This document shows positions 24,852 through 40,399 of a DNA stretch of 64,000 nt, piece by piece. The position numbers and the translations under genes are program-made. Source of the stretch: Monocercomonoides exilis PA203. Taxonomy: Eukaryota > Protista > Preaxostyla. Where the stretch lies: positions 992,001 through 1,056,000 of the forward strand of contig LSRY02000008.1 in NCBI GenBank assembly GCA_001643675.2. The letters are read 5' to 3'. Below the pieces are notes generated by a model. The model searched no databases and had not been told where the DNA came from. It saw only the letters and a program-made list of their open reading frames with translations. Numbering within the stretch: the first letter of the stretch is position 1; each line of letters begins with the position of its first letter.

Positions 24852-26304
24852 ATGAGAATTTTTGTTGATAACACCGTTGGAGAGAAAATTCTGGAAACAG
24901 ACAACAGAAATAAGTTCACAAGTTTGCAGATGCTGTTGAATTTGAATTCTGGCCTTGTTTGATTTTATCTATGATTTTTTCAGAATTGTTTTGCGAACTG
25001 GAACATTTCTCAACAGATGAGCAAAGACAGAAAATTGAAGAAATGAATGAACTAATGGAAGAGATGGGTAAAGAAGAATTCAAGTCTGTTTTCACAAAAG
25101 AGTGGTTCAATGAAATGGACAAAATTATTGAAGAAAAGATATTATCATGGGAAAACGCAATTTTGTTGTTGAAACATGTTGGATATTACAATGCGGTGAA
25201 ATGCATTTATGATCATGCATTTAGTGAATCTTTTTTGAGCGATCGATTTCAGAAAATGATCATTGAAGAAGAAGAGAAAAAAGAAGAAAAGAACGAAAGT
25301 CTTTTGGTTGATCTTTGCGAATGCTTCTCTTTGCTATATTTCTACTTTATTTCAGATGAATTGATATCAATTTGTGTGCATTGTCTTCTGAAGATCGCCT
25401 CGAAGAAAGAGGAAAATGAGGAAGTTCAAAAGAAAGTGGAAATTGCCTTGCTGGCTTTGAGTGGCATTTGTGGAGATGATGCATGAGCATTCTTTTTTCC
25501 TTTTTTATTTTATCAATTTTTTCTTATTTTTTTTTTCAGCCAATTGAACAAGAACTTTATTTGAATGAAATCAAAGAAATCATCAAATATCAACAGAAAC
25601 ACAGAAATCTGACTCATCTTGCGTATCAGTCTGCTTGGAGTTTTTTGTTTCCCCAATTATTTTACGATGACAGCTTGGAAGATACAATTATGAGTGAGCT
25701 GCATTTTGGAAGAGAAGCAGCAAGAGAACTGGAAGAGCTGACAAAGTGCGTGAATTGGAAGAAGAAAGAAAAGGAAATGAGCAAAGAAGAAGCGAAAGAA
25801 GAACTTGCATTGATGAGATGGCTCGAAACATTAGGCTTTATTTTTTTCAATTGTCAATTGAGGAATGAAGAAATCACTAAACTTATTGGATGCATTGTTC
25901 AAGTATTTCGAGCAGCGAAGGATAATCACAAAGAGATTAGTGACAAGTGCATTTATTCCTTGAGAAATTCAACAGAAAATAGATTTGTGAAAGTTGAAGA
26001 TTTATTAAAAGGAGGAGCTGTAGATGCTGTTTTGGAGGAGTTTCATCAACAAACATTAAATAAAGATTTGGAATATGAATGCTTTCAATTCTTTACGAAT
26101 GTTTCAAATCGATTGAAAGAAGAGGAGAAAGATGAAAAGGAAGAAGCGAAAAGAAAGGCAACGAAAATGGAGATATTCGAAAAGCTTGAAGAAGAAGGAT
26201 TTGAAGATATCGTTATTAGCATTCATGATATATTCAATAATCGAAACAGACAAATTTTTACTCTATTAATTATGATTGTTTTGCACCTTATTTTAAAGGC
26301 TTGA
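24852..26304 (+). CDS. Lineage-specific alpha-helical (HEAT/ARM-like) multigene family protein, family A
   Basis: ATG at 24852, a short first exon, then exons of about 24983-25480 and 25540-26304. Motifs EQRQKIEEMNE, LVDLCECF, VEIALLALS, LYLNEIKEII...NLTHLAYQSAW and HFGREAARELEEL are shared with other copies in the window. Confidence 0.75.
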
Positions 26305-27016
26305 GGAAATGCTTCACATTTTTTGACACAAATTTTTTATTTTTATTTTTTTTTTTGCCATTTCACAAAAGAGAAAACAAGAGAGCATTTCAAAAAAAAA
26401 AAAAGAATGTTTTTCAAAGCTTCGAAAAGAAATAAAGCAATTAAAAAAAGATAAAAAAGAAGAATTACAAAATCATATAATGAAAGGTATTATTCAAGGT
26501 TCAACCTCAACTCACCACGCAATTTCATTCAGATTATTCAAGCAATTGAATGAAGAAAATACAGAGTTGATACACAAATTAATATTCTCTTTCGCTTCTT
26601 TCGCTTCTTTTTTCGTATTCGCATTTGGTGTCTTTATTTATAAATCTTGTGTAACAATTACATGTTTTCTTATCATTTCCATTTGGAGAGTCTGTCTATA
26701 ACAGATAAGCGGAGACACATTCTGATGTCAAATACCTCAAAAGGGGGAGGGGGGAGAAGGGGGGTTCTTGATTTCTTTTGTCTAATGTTGAAGAATGAAT
26801 GGAAAAAAACACTCGGAGAATTCGATTCAGTTAAGATATGAAAGCAGGTTGGCAAATTATCTCACTGGGAAGAAGGAGACGCAGAAATAAAAGAAGATGA
26901 TGAAGGTGAAGAGGAGGAGGAAGTTCTGTTTTGCGGGAAATTTGGTACCTCAATTGCATATGGAAGCACGAAATGTGGTATAACTGCTGAAGTTGCTGTT
27001 GTTTGAGGAGAAAGAG

Positions 27017-27345
27017 GAGGAAGAGGAAGAAGAATCATCAATTCTTGTTGTGTTTATTTGATGATTGGGAGATGAACTTTCCAAATTAGCATACATATTG
27101 TGGGGGCTGTGTGTTTGTGAAGTGGAATGCTTGGAAAGCACACGTTGTGGAATAGATTCAGAACGAGGAAGAGGAGGATAATAAGAATTAGAATTGGAGG
27201 AAGGAAATAAAGTGGAAGAAGATGAAGAGAAAGAAAAAGAAGGTGGAGAAGGAAAAGATGATGAAAAGTCGAATGAAAAAAATATTCTTGAATAACATTC
27301 AATTGTCAATCATTCATTGAATTCACAATCTTCTTCTTCTTCTTC
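27017..27345 (+). repeat. ~325-bp direct repeat, copy 1 (partner 47828-48153)
   Basis: Near-identical sequence. The minus-strand ORFs MTIECYSRIFF... at 26950-27309 and 47740-48120 match. Confidence 0.9.
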
Positions 27346-27716
27346 ACTTCAACCTCCTCGCAACCTTTCTCAAACGTCTGGCCTTGTGTTAGCGTCTTCT
27401 TTCTTCTCTGCCATGAAGCAGTGTCGTGTGTCATTGGAGAATGAAGCGATGTGGGAGCTCTTCTTGTTCTATGCAGTGGAGGAAGGCGATAAAGATGGAT
27501 GGGTTGGAGGAGGAGGAGGAAGAAGAGAAGAAAGAGGAAAAGGAGAAAACGGAGAAAGAGGAGGAAGAGGAGGAAGAGGAGGAAGAGGAGGAAGAGGAGG
27601 AAGAGGAGGAAGAGGAGGAAGAGGAGGAAGAATTGTGAAAGGGAAGACGAGGAAGACGAGGAAGACGAGGAAGAAGAGGAAGAAGAAGAGGAAGAGGAAG
27701 AGGAAGAAGAAGAGGA

Positions 27717-27749
<33 letters not shown>

Positions 27750-27769
27750 TGATGATGATGAATAAATGA

Positions 27770-29240
27770 ATTCAAAAAGTCATTCAAATTCACGGATGAA
27801 TCTTGCTTCATCGAGCGTTTAAAAATAAATCCATGGAAACTGATAACAAGATCTTCGTATCCGTCTTATTCTATCTTATCTCTCATTTTTCTATAAATCA
27901 TCATTTCTTGCTTAACCTTTTCGCATCCTTCATTGTCCTTTCCATCCCACAATTTTCCGAAAAACGAAGATAATTTCATCATCCAATTTTCCTTTTCCTC
28001 TCTTCTTCTCCTCAATTGATTGCAAAGATTCAAAAAAATGCTTCCGCTTTCCTTTTTAACAACATAGTCAATTGTTGGCTGGCGCATTTCCTCCAAAAAG
28101 AAGTCAATGACTTCTTCACTCATCAAACAATCTGCATCGCTTTTTTTTCCCCTTCAAATAGACATCCACTAAAAATAAAAAGCATCGCTCGTATATGTCT
28201 CTATATGCCCCCTGGCTGCTCTGCAAAGATCTGCAATGCGTATTGCTGATCTCGCAAATTCTTCTTTCTCAAATAATGGATAGAGAATGTAAAACTGAAT
28301 TATTTCCAACCATCTCATTATTGATTTTATTTCTTTCAATTTTCCAAGCTCATTTTCTTTCTTCTTCCAATCAATAAAATCTTTCAGCTCGTCCAACTCT
28401 TTGATTGCCTCTTTCCCAAAATGAATTTCACTCATAATCACATTTTCTAGACTTCTTTATCCGTAAACCCTGCTGATCAAAAACACCCAAATAGATTGGT
28501 AGGCAAGCTGTGTAAGGTTATGGTGCTCTTGATAATGCATTATTATACTCATGACATCATTCAAGAATAGTTCTTTTCTAATACTCTTCATGAAATAATA
28601 AAACATAATCAATTTTAAAAATAAATGAAATGAATCATTTGCATACAATCCAAGGACCAAGCCCGCTCAAAGCCAATAATGCAATTTCCGCTTCTTTCAG
28701 TGATTCTTAGTTTTTTCCGCTGCTCAAAGCAACCCTCAAAAGGCAAGGAATACAAATTGGCAACAATTCTTTTGATGTTTGTTCATAAACATAACGCAAA
28801 CAAATAGAGCATTCACAAAGATAGTTAAGCAGATTTTCATTCATTCCTTCTTTCTTCTTTTCTTCGTCAACAATCATATTCTTGAACCGTTGAGCCAGCA
28901 AAGATTGTTCAAAAGATATTGTTATAGACTTATTCAATGACATGTAATATCCAATCCGCTTCAACAATACAAAAGCATTTTCCATTGATAGTTTCTTTTC
29001 TTCAATCATTTCATCCATCTTATCGAACAGTTCTGTTGAGAAAATGGAATTAATATTTTTTTCATTCATGTTGTCGATCATTTCATTCATTTCTTCGATT
29101 TTCTGTTTCTGATCGAACTCATTACAATACACCATTTCAAAAAGCTGTTCTTCAAAATCTGTATGAAAATAGAATGAATCTTAATTTCTTTTCAATCAAA
29201 TATGAAAATGAACAGACCAGAAAGTTTATTCTTCGTTTTC
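27770..29240 (-). pseudogene. Family-A pseudogene
   Basis: QKQKIEEMNEM, LLNYLCECS, HHNLTQLAYQSIW and HFGKEAIKELDEL are split over four ORFs by stops and frameshifts. Confidence 0.8.
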
Positions 29241-29369
29241 ATCTCCAATATTCCACCTTTAGTGATATAACTAATGAACGAATCCATTCTGTTAATTACA
29301 AAACATGCAATGCTCGCTTCACAAAGTCTGAATTTTGCAACATAATAATTTTGAGCTTAATACTGTTAT

Positions 29370-30236
29370 GGTAATTTTTTTATCCGGACATTTTTTTTAA
29401 TCCGGACATTTTTTTCATTGGTGTTTCTCAATAAATAAAAACTAAAAACAGAAAAATCATATTGGACCAGGTTTGAATACGTATTTCATGTTTATAAAAT
29501 TTTTTTTTCATTTCAATTTTTGTTATTGATGATCTTGAGAATTTTTAATTTATTTTTGATCATTTGTTTTGTCCATTTTGGACTATCTTTCTTTTTTTAT
29601 TTATTTTTAACTATTTTTTCGATTGTTTTTCGCATTTCATCGTTTTTATCAAAAAATTTGAAAAACTGAAAATTCTTTGCGATACAATGTTTAATGGATA
29701 TTAAAAATGATGTGCATGAAAAGAAAACAACTCACATAAAGTATTTGCCTAGTTAAAATTTAGTGAAATGTTGTTGCAGAAGTTGCATAAATCAAATTTA
29801 GATTATTTCATTTTTGCTCATTTCATTTTTGATTCAATCAAATATGACTAAAAATTAAAACAACGATGTGTTTTCATCTTATTATCAAATTGATATAAAA
29901 TTATAATCTATATATCATACAAAAATTCAGATAACTTTAGTTTTTCAAATTTTTTGATAAAAACGATGAAATGCGAAAAACAATCGAAAAAATAGTTAAA
30001 AATAAATAAAAAAAGAAAGATAGTCCAAAATGGACAAAACAAATGATCAAAAATAAATTAAAAATTCTCAAGATCATCAATAACAAAAATTGAAATGAAA
30101 AAAAAATTTTATAAACATGAAATACGTATTCAAACCTGGTCCAATATGATTTTTCTGTTTTTAGTTTTTATTTATTGAGAAACACCAATGAAAAAAATGT
30201 CCGGATTAAAAAAAATGTCCGGATAAAAAAATCACC
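29370..30236. mobile_element. Foldback/Mutator-like non-autonomous element with ~300-bp inverted arms
   Basis: 29370-29667 is essentially the exact reverse complement of 29940-30236, around a ~270-bp AT-rich spacer. Subterminal TCCGGACA doublets; no ORF. Confidence 0.85.
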
Positions 30237-30999
30237 CAAACTGAAAAAAAATTTTTTTCACATCAGAAAACCAAATATTTGTTTTTTTAAATATTAATGC
30301 TAACTATGAAAAAGAAACAAAATTGCCCAATATAATGTATTATTCCTGAATAAACAAAAAAGTTATAGGGTTATTATTTAACCCCCACCTTTTTTTTTCA
30401 CTCTGGTCTTTTTTTTATTGCAAAAGTTTTATGTCCCACTTTTTGAAATAATATCTTGATTTTTTGTATAAAATGAATATGGGGTAAAATTTTTTCTTTT
30501 GTGATAAAAACCAAGATTTGTTCCAAACAAAAACTGCTTTAATATCACAACGTGTATAACATTTTTAAGATAAAAAAGTATTAGCAAGTTGTCCATAATA
30601 ATATTTTATTTTGCACTTTTCGAAAAAATCCAATATTTGAAGTATTATCTGGAAGAGGAATTAGAAATGAGCGGCAAAGATCAATATTTTTATTTTTTGT
30701 TATGAACAATATGAAAAGGAACTTAATGGAATTGTCTGAATAACATTTTAAGATTTTTCATCATGAATGAAATTTTGTGAATAATAATTGTTGTTCATTA
30801 AGTAAATTATGTTATTCAAACGGAAATTGAAAGACAAAGCGATAACCACGGGAGATTCAGAATTCAATATTTTTTTCAGGAAATGAAAATAAGAAAAAGA
30901 AGAAGATGAAAGTGGCTTAGAATAAAAGATGAAATAACACTGTTAAAAATAAAGGAGAAGAAGAAAAACCACCAGTTTTGCTTTTTTGTCTTTCTTCAT

Positions 31000-33900
31000 C
31001 TCCTTTTTTTCTTTTTTCTTTTATAATATGTTTAACGAATAATTTCAGAAATTGCACTGCGGTAATCCGAAGCCAGTGGAGATTATAGCCTTCTTCAGAT
31101 ATGAAAGAAAAGATGACATTGCAGAAGTTGGTAGATGAATTAACGAAAAGTGTATCGAAAGAATGAAACGTGGCATGTGCGGTGGAATATGCATTGGATA
31201 AGAATTGGCAAGCAACAACATGGAAAATGGATGGGTTGGGGCAAGAGAGATGAAAAGATCGTCTTCGCTGGATTCGATGGAATTTGAGATGAAAAACAGA
31301 AGCTTCTCTGGTTGGAGTTCGTGTTCTTCTTCGTCTTTCTCGTCTGTTCGTTAATATTCTATTTCGTATTCTTCGTCATTTAGAACAGGCTTACTGCGAA
31401 AGTCTCTTGACATGGGGGCGATGATGCAGATTTCAAAGTCAGTGACATCATTTCCACTCCTTCTCTTGCATTATCATCATCGTCGTCTCCAACAGTGTTA
31501 TCGTCTTCATCTTCTTCTATAGAATCCTCCTCTTCTGATCCATCGATCTTCTTCAATGTGGTTCATTTTTATCTCCTTCCAGTTCTTGCGCTTCGGTCGA
31601 AAAGGCAATTATTCGTTCAAATTAAGAGGCACCAGCTGGAAACTATCTTTTCAGAGTAGTTCAATGTGACTCTATCAAGCAAATCTTTCACGCCCACCAC
31701 ACATTGGTCTGCTCCATCATCAGCTTCTTTGTTGTTGTTGTTTGGCAAGAACAACTTACGGCGCAAGCTAAAGTCTCCATCATCCTTCTTTCTATTCTTC
31801 ATCTGCTTCGTCTTCAATTGCTTCCTCCTGCTCGTCTTCAGCATTCAGCCATATGAAGAGGAAGAGACAAATGGGGTCTCGATCCAAGCAAACACACAAA
31901 TCTTATAAGTGTTACAACACTCACGACACTCACGAAGCTCACAATGTTCGTAAGGGGCAGAAATCACATGTACATCGAAGCCATCGGAGCCACCATCGAT
32001 CTCCTCATTCGCACAGAACCCATCGCAATTGCAGAAGACATTTGCCCTTGAAGCATCACACAATCCAACAGCGACACAAGGCACATTCGATTGGGACATC
32101 AGTGGGGATTGGATATTCCAGCAGGGTATCAACGTCATCGGTGGCCGGAATGGGGAAGGGGGAAGGCAGCACAGGAGAGGGATAATGCGAAATGTTTTGG
32201 AGGAGAAGAAGCTGAGAGGCTTTGTAAGGGAGATGGAAATGAGCAGCATGAGCTTTCCTGCACATGAGAGGGGAGATAAACGCACTTCTCTATTTCCTTC
32301 ATATGGCCAGAAAAAGAGAAAGAATTCATCAAGAAATATGAAGAGGAAAAGAAAGAAGGAGAATGATGAAAGGACAAGCAGAGACGAGAACGATCAGAAA
32401 TAGTTGCATTCATCTTATTCTTCGATTTCTTCCTCGCCATTGCCTGTTCCTCGTTTGTCCAGTTCTTTTTTTGAAACAACAATTTCGCGTTCTTCTTTCT
32501 CTTCTTCTTTTTCGTTCTGCTCTATTGGTAAGCAGTCAACGAGCAGTGTGAGCAAAAGGCGTAGGCGCAACAGATTGTTGGGGGATCTTGAGCATTCACA
32601 CAAATCCTAGCAGAGAAAACACAGACACAGACACGGGCACAGACGCAGACGCAGACACAAGCATCGCAGTGGCGATTCAGATGGTGGCAGAACGGAGCAC
32701 ATGGACGAGGGCCTTCGGCATGGACACATCTGCAGGCGTCAAAAGCCAAAAGAAAAGAAAGAAGAGGAAAGCGATTCATCATGTCTTGGTGGTAAAAGAA
32801 AGGAGAAAAAAGGGGGAAAGGAAGGAAGAGGGAAGAAGGAAGAAGGAAAAGAGGATGAAAGCGATCGAAATGAGCAGTCAAAATTCGATTTGCAATTTGA
32901 TTCAAGAAAGATGCCAACTCTTTGGTCTCAGTATCATCAGCAGCAAAAATTGTTCTTCTCTCAAAGTTCTTTTTCTCCAGCACCTTCAGCACCTCCAGCT
33001 CCTCCAGCTCTTCCTCTTCCTCTTTTGCCTCCTCCTTCTTTCAATCCATCTAAATTCCTCATCATCACCAATTCCAACAGCAGCTGAACAAAATTCTTTC
33101 TCTTTTTCTTCTTCTTCTGATAGTCCTGTTGGAATGGAGCGCTTCCCTTTCCACACACCGTCTATTCGCTCACAGACCTTCTCCTATCTTTCGCGCATGG
33201 GAGAGGGCACTTCACTGAACATGGGGATTGTTCCACTGGGAAAGACAAAGATGCGTTCTACAACATCACAGCTTCTAGTGAGGAGCGTGGAGGGAAAGGG
33301 AAAGGAAGGAGGGCAGATGGACACGGTGGGATCTGCAGATGATACAAATGGCGATAAAGAGAAAAACGAAGATGAAGAGGAAAGGCGGAGAAGGTGTGGG
33401 AAGACGGAAATGGAGGATAGAGGTTGCAATGGAGGAGAAAGGAGCAAACGAGATGAGACAGAAGAAGGTGTCTCTGGTTGTGTTCGTGAATCACAATCAT
33501 CAGCATCATCGGGTTCATCTGCATCGAGTGGTGTTCAGGCAGACATGGCATCAGCAGCAAGCGTGTCATCTGCTGGCAACACCACAAACACCACCACACA
33601 AAGCGTGTAGGTTGCTTCTGCGTGCCTTCCATTTGGCTCGACAACATCCACAAAGGCAGGTGATGGTGCATTCGGCTCTCGTCCAGATGCATTGCACCAT
33701 CTGGATGCACTTTCTGAGCCCACGAGTGCTGCCAACACATCCACCCATCCCCTTTCACCTTCTCCGTCTTCTTCTGCCTCTCCTGTGTCGCTCGCATCAC
33801 CAGTGTCGCCTGTGTCACCAATGCAGCCAATGTCTCCCATGTCTCCAGTGTCGCCTGTGTATCCTGTGTTTCCGCGCTCTCCTCCGTTTTCTCCTTCGCC

Positions 33901-34630
33901 TTCATCACCGACATCATCCCTTCCATCCACTGCTGTTCTGAGCGCATCTCATTATTTCTATTCCTCTATTTTTTCCCTCATTCGTCTCCTATGTAATCTT
34001 CATCTTCTTCGTTTTCTTTTGCTGTCACTGCTTTTTCTCCATATCTTCTTCTTCGGGCTTCCCTTTTAAATCATCATCTTCTTCATGGTCTTTCTCTTCC
34101 CAGTCTTCTTCTTTCTCTTCTCTTACCTTCATGCACCTGTCCATTTTCCTCGACATCCACTCAGCCGCTGTACCGCTGAAAATCTTTAATCTCTCTTTCG
34201 TGCTCTGCTCAGATTATCAGTCCAAATTTCTGTTGATGTATCGACCAATACTCGTTTCAATGCCCATCTCATCCTTCTCACCAGTGAAGCTGCCTCCTTG
34301 TTTAGTGCTGTTGTGATGAATTACTCAGCGGACTCGCTCTCTTCTCATATCTATCCTTATGAAACTGATAATAGCAATAGAAATTGTGAAGATAATAGAA
34401 GTCCTTATGCAAGCGATAATAAAAGTGGATCAAGTGATTCTGTATATAGCGGAAAAAGCAACAACAACAGCATTGAAAGCAGTGAGAGATGAATAGGAAT
34501 AGGAATGGGGAATGAACAAGACATCTTCTGTTTGCAATCTTATGGTGCTTCTTTGCAGGCTAGTGCAATTTTGTCTGAAGAACAGCAAGATTTTTGTGAG
34601 AATTTGACAATCGAGAAAAAATTCAAACAT
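31000..34630. pseudogene. Fragmented low-complexity coding-like region, product unknown
   Basis: Raised GC and many short overlapping S/E/G-rich ORFs on both strands, with no long intact frame or recognisable domain. Confidence 0.3.
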
Positions 34631-34878
34631 GAGAAATAATATATTTTCATTGACACTTATTTTTGATAAATAGAGCGCATAATTATTTTTTTGTTTTTAT
34701 TATTTTGATTGACATTTCAGAAATATGTCATTCATGAACATGCAAATCTATTTATTTTGAACATTAAAAAAATGAGGACAAATGAATTATTCAAAGATGA
34801 ATGAAGTGAAAAGATAGGAAAAAAAATTAATAAACAGTTCTTTAAATCTAACACGAACAAACTATTTTTCAATTATTA

Positions 34879-35612
34879 TTAACTAAAATTTTCGCCAAAT
34901 TCCCCCATGTTAATGTAACAGAGCAATCCGATGATGCAATCCTCGTATCCTTCTTCTTCAAACTTATCAAGTTCTTTTCTTTTCGTCTCTTTTCTTTCTT
35001 CTTTTTCGATTTCTTCTTTCTTCTTTTCTTTCAATCGATTTGAAATATTCACAAGGAATTGCAAGCAATCATATACTATATATTTATTCAATGTTTGTCT
35101 CTGCACCCCACCTCTCCACCCCTCCCCAAAACAGCATCAACAGTTCCTCCGTTCAACAAGTCTTCAATTTTTATATCTCCATTTTTTGCCATTTTTCTCA
35201 AGGAATAACTACACCAGTGACAAATTACTTTGTAATTATCCCTTGTTGTTCGACACACATGGATAATTCTTCTGAAAAGACCAACGTATTCTTCATTCCA
35301 CAATCGACAACAGCTAAAATAAATCTTAAGTGTTTCAATCCATCCCCTAATTACTAGTACTTCATTCGCTTCTTTTTTGCTCATTTCCTCTTCTTTCTTC
35401 TTTCAATCCACCCACTTTGACGGTTCATCCAATTCTCGCACTGCTTCTCTCACAAAATGCTGCTCATTCACAATAACACATCCCAGCTCTCTTTCTTCGT
35501 GTAACCTCTTGATCAAAAGTTCCCAAGCAGACTGGTACTCAAGTCGTGTCAGATTCTGATGCGCCTGATGATATTGAATAATCTCTTTGATTTCATTCAG
35601 ATACGGTTTTGG
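34879..35612 (-). pseudogene. Family-A pseudogene, 3' exon only
   Basis: YLNEIKEIIQYHQAHQNLTRLEYQSAW, HFVREAVRELDE, IEDLLNGGTVDAVL and KFEEEGYEDCI, with a stop and a frameshift. Confidence 0.8.
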
Positions 35613-35639
35613 TTCCATGAGAACAAATGAATAAGGATG

Positions 35640-35970
35640 ACGGACCTTTAAATTTATTAACGAAGAACTTTGATTGATGATATGCGACAGCCTGAGCATG
35701 TATGAGATGCTTGGGTGCACCGTAAAGTTGCACTCATGCAAGTTATGACACTGCTGAAGAGCAAGGTCTTTTCTAATTGACGAAGGGATAAGCGGATATT
35801 TCCATCAATTTCCTGCAAAAAGGAAGATTATTTTGAAAACTGTACGTTTCTTCAATTTGGTAAAATATTACAAAGCATACAACGCAATAAAGGCTGCGAC
35901 ATTTTGAATGAAAATATAATCTTGCTATATTCAAAATTAGCAAGCTCATGTGCAATAAAGAAATGGCCCA
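35640..35970 (+). pseudogene. Short relic homologous to about 50660-50900 (possible CxC/KDZ transposase N-terminal part)
   Basis: Shared DNA GGTGCAC...CACTCATGCAAGTTATG...GGCTGCGA. It translates CTHASYDTAEEQGLF, versus RYTHASYGTTEGQ in the other copy. Confidence 0.4.
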
Positions 35971-36062
35971 AAAGAAAAAGCAGGAGAAGAAAAAGGTTAA
36001 AAAGTGAAATCAATGTTTAAAAAAACTTATAAAGGTATTTAAACCATTATCCAAATAATCAG

Positions 36063-38613
<2,551 letters not shown>

Positions 38614-39579
38614 ATCTTTTTATTATAAAATTGGATTATCAAATTTTTCAAATAAACTTCAATTGAATCAAACAGATTTTCAATAATATTTCATATTCGA
38701 AAAAAAATTGTAACTCACTTTTGCTTTCTCAATGATTCCTTAATTTTTTTCTAAAAATCAAGGTTGAGAGCTAGACTAATTCTATCCTGTTATTTTCAAT
38801 AATTATAAAAAGAAAATAACTTGCAGAGTTTGGGCTCAGAATTAGTTTCCCAGGAAAGTGAGTTATTATTTTTTTTTTGATAAAAATCTTTAAAAATGAA
38901 TATAATTGGATTCGAAACAAATATTCATATTGTTTGATATTGAATAAATAAACATTCTGAAATAAACAATAAAGAATATTGAAATATTATTTTTTAATAA
39001 TGGGTGGAACATAAGTCCTAAAGGAAAAAATTTTTTCCACATATATATGTCTGAATTTTTTTGAAAAGTGACATCAGATCAAAAATTTGACCCATGGTTG
39101 TTAAATTATTTTCATTCCGTTTCCATAATTCTCATGAAAAAATGTTTGTTCCAGAATATTTTCAGCAAGTTCATTGCAAACTTCTTTGCGAAAAAAAGTT
39201 TTTGAATCAAAAAATTATATATCAGATTTTTTGATCAGAATTAAAATATTTGTTTTTCAATGAAAAGGTGTTTCGTTTGATTGAACCACTTTGCAATTGC
39301 TAATAAATACAATAAACAAGGTATGCATCGATTATTTTTCCTGATAAACTTAATTTTCAATGTTAATTCGACTTTTCATTTGAATAGAATTTTTCTTTTG
39401 CTTTATGAGCCTGAACTCAACATGATTGTGAAGTTAGAACACACATTTTCGATGCATCTGTAAATCGGATAAATTTAGTGGTTTTAATTTAATTTAACAA
39501 AAATATTTCATTTTTTATTTTTAATTCAATCTTGATTGTTTTTAATAGAAAAGTTCGCAGTTGACAGTCAACATCTGTT

Positions 39580-40320
39580 TTTTAAATGGCATATAAGACA
39601 AAAAGCTAAATACTTGTTCATTAACAGGATGTGGAAGCATAGCATCGTCTGATGTAGGTTCAATGATGCTGTGTGCCGGTGATGGAAACGAAGTGAAAGT
39701 GAATGGTGGATTTTTTGATGAGTGCTTTTGCTCCACATTGAATGGTCTTGGAGGAGGAATCCTTCTTCGACTATTAAATGAAAATCCAAGTTTCCTGATC
39801 TCCTCTTCGTTTGGCACAAACACAGCCAAATGGGGAAAAGATATTTTTGTCATTTCACCCAATCTGGAAGAAACAGCAAAATCAGAAAACATCGCATGTG
39901 TGACAGATTCTTTGGATTCTGTTGACAGAGTGTGAGGATGCGACAATGAAAACACAAGTGTAGCCATTCCTCTTTGTATCTATCTCCTTCCCTCTCCAGA
40001 AGAAATATATGCTAGAAGCACCGAGGCATCTGATTACTCACATTGTGGAATTGCCCAATTTCCTTGTTTAACAATAAAGTACTCACTAGCACAGCTCGCA
40101 GGAGAAAAGAAAGCAGTTGTGAATGGAATGATTTTTATGGGAGACGATTTGGCCTTTGCCGGACAGAAGCATGGAATCCGAGGAAATGATGAACAGTGTG
40201 GTTGGGCAGTCTCTGATTCAAGTGAAACATCCAATTCAGCTTTGATAAAAGCAAGTGTTGAAACTGAATTATCAAAACTCATCTTCTCTCTTCCGTCATC
40301 CCTTTTTCTTCGCTCCATTT
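39580..40320 (+). pseudogene. Fragment of a large beta-helix/pectin-lyase-like surface-protein family
   Basis: The frame reads FFDECFCSTLNGLGGGILLRL...NTAKWGKDIFV...(TGA)...IPLCIYLL...SDYSHCGIAQFPCLTI. The GGG/GxD and CGxxxxPCxT motifs are typical of such proteins. It is interrupted by a stop. Confidence 0.5.
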
Positions 40321-40399
40321 TCATTCTCTCTTCATCATCATCTCTTCTTCTTCTATTCCAAACACAAAAATATGCACATTGATCAGATGGCGAAACTCC

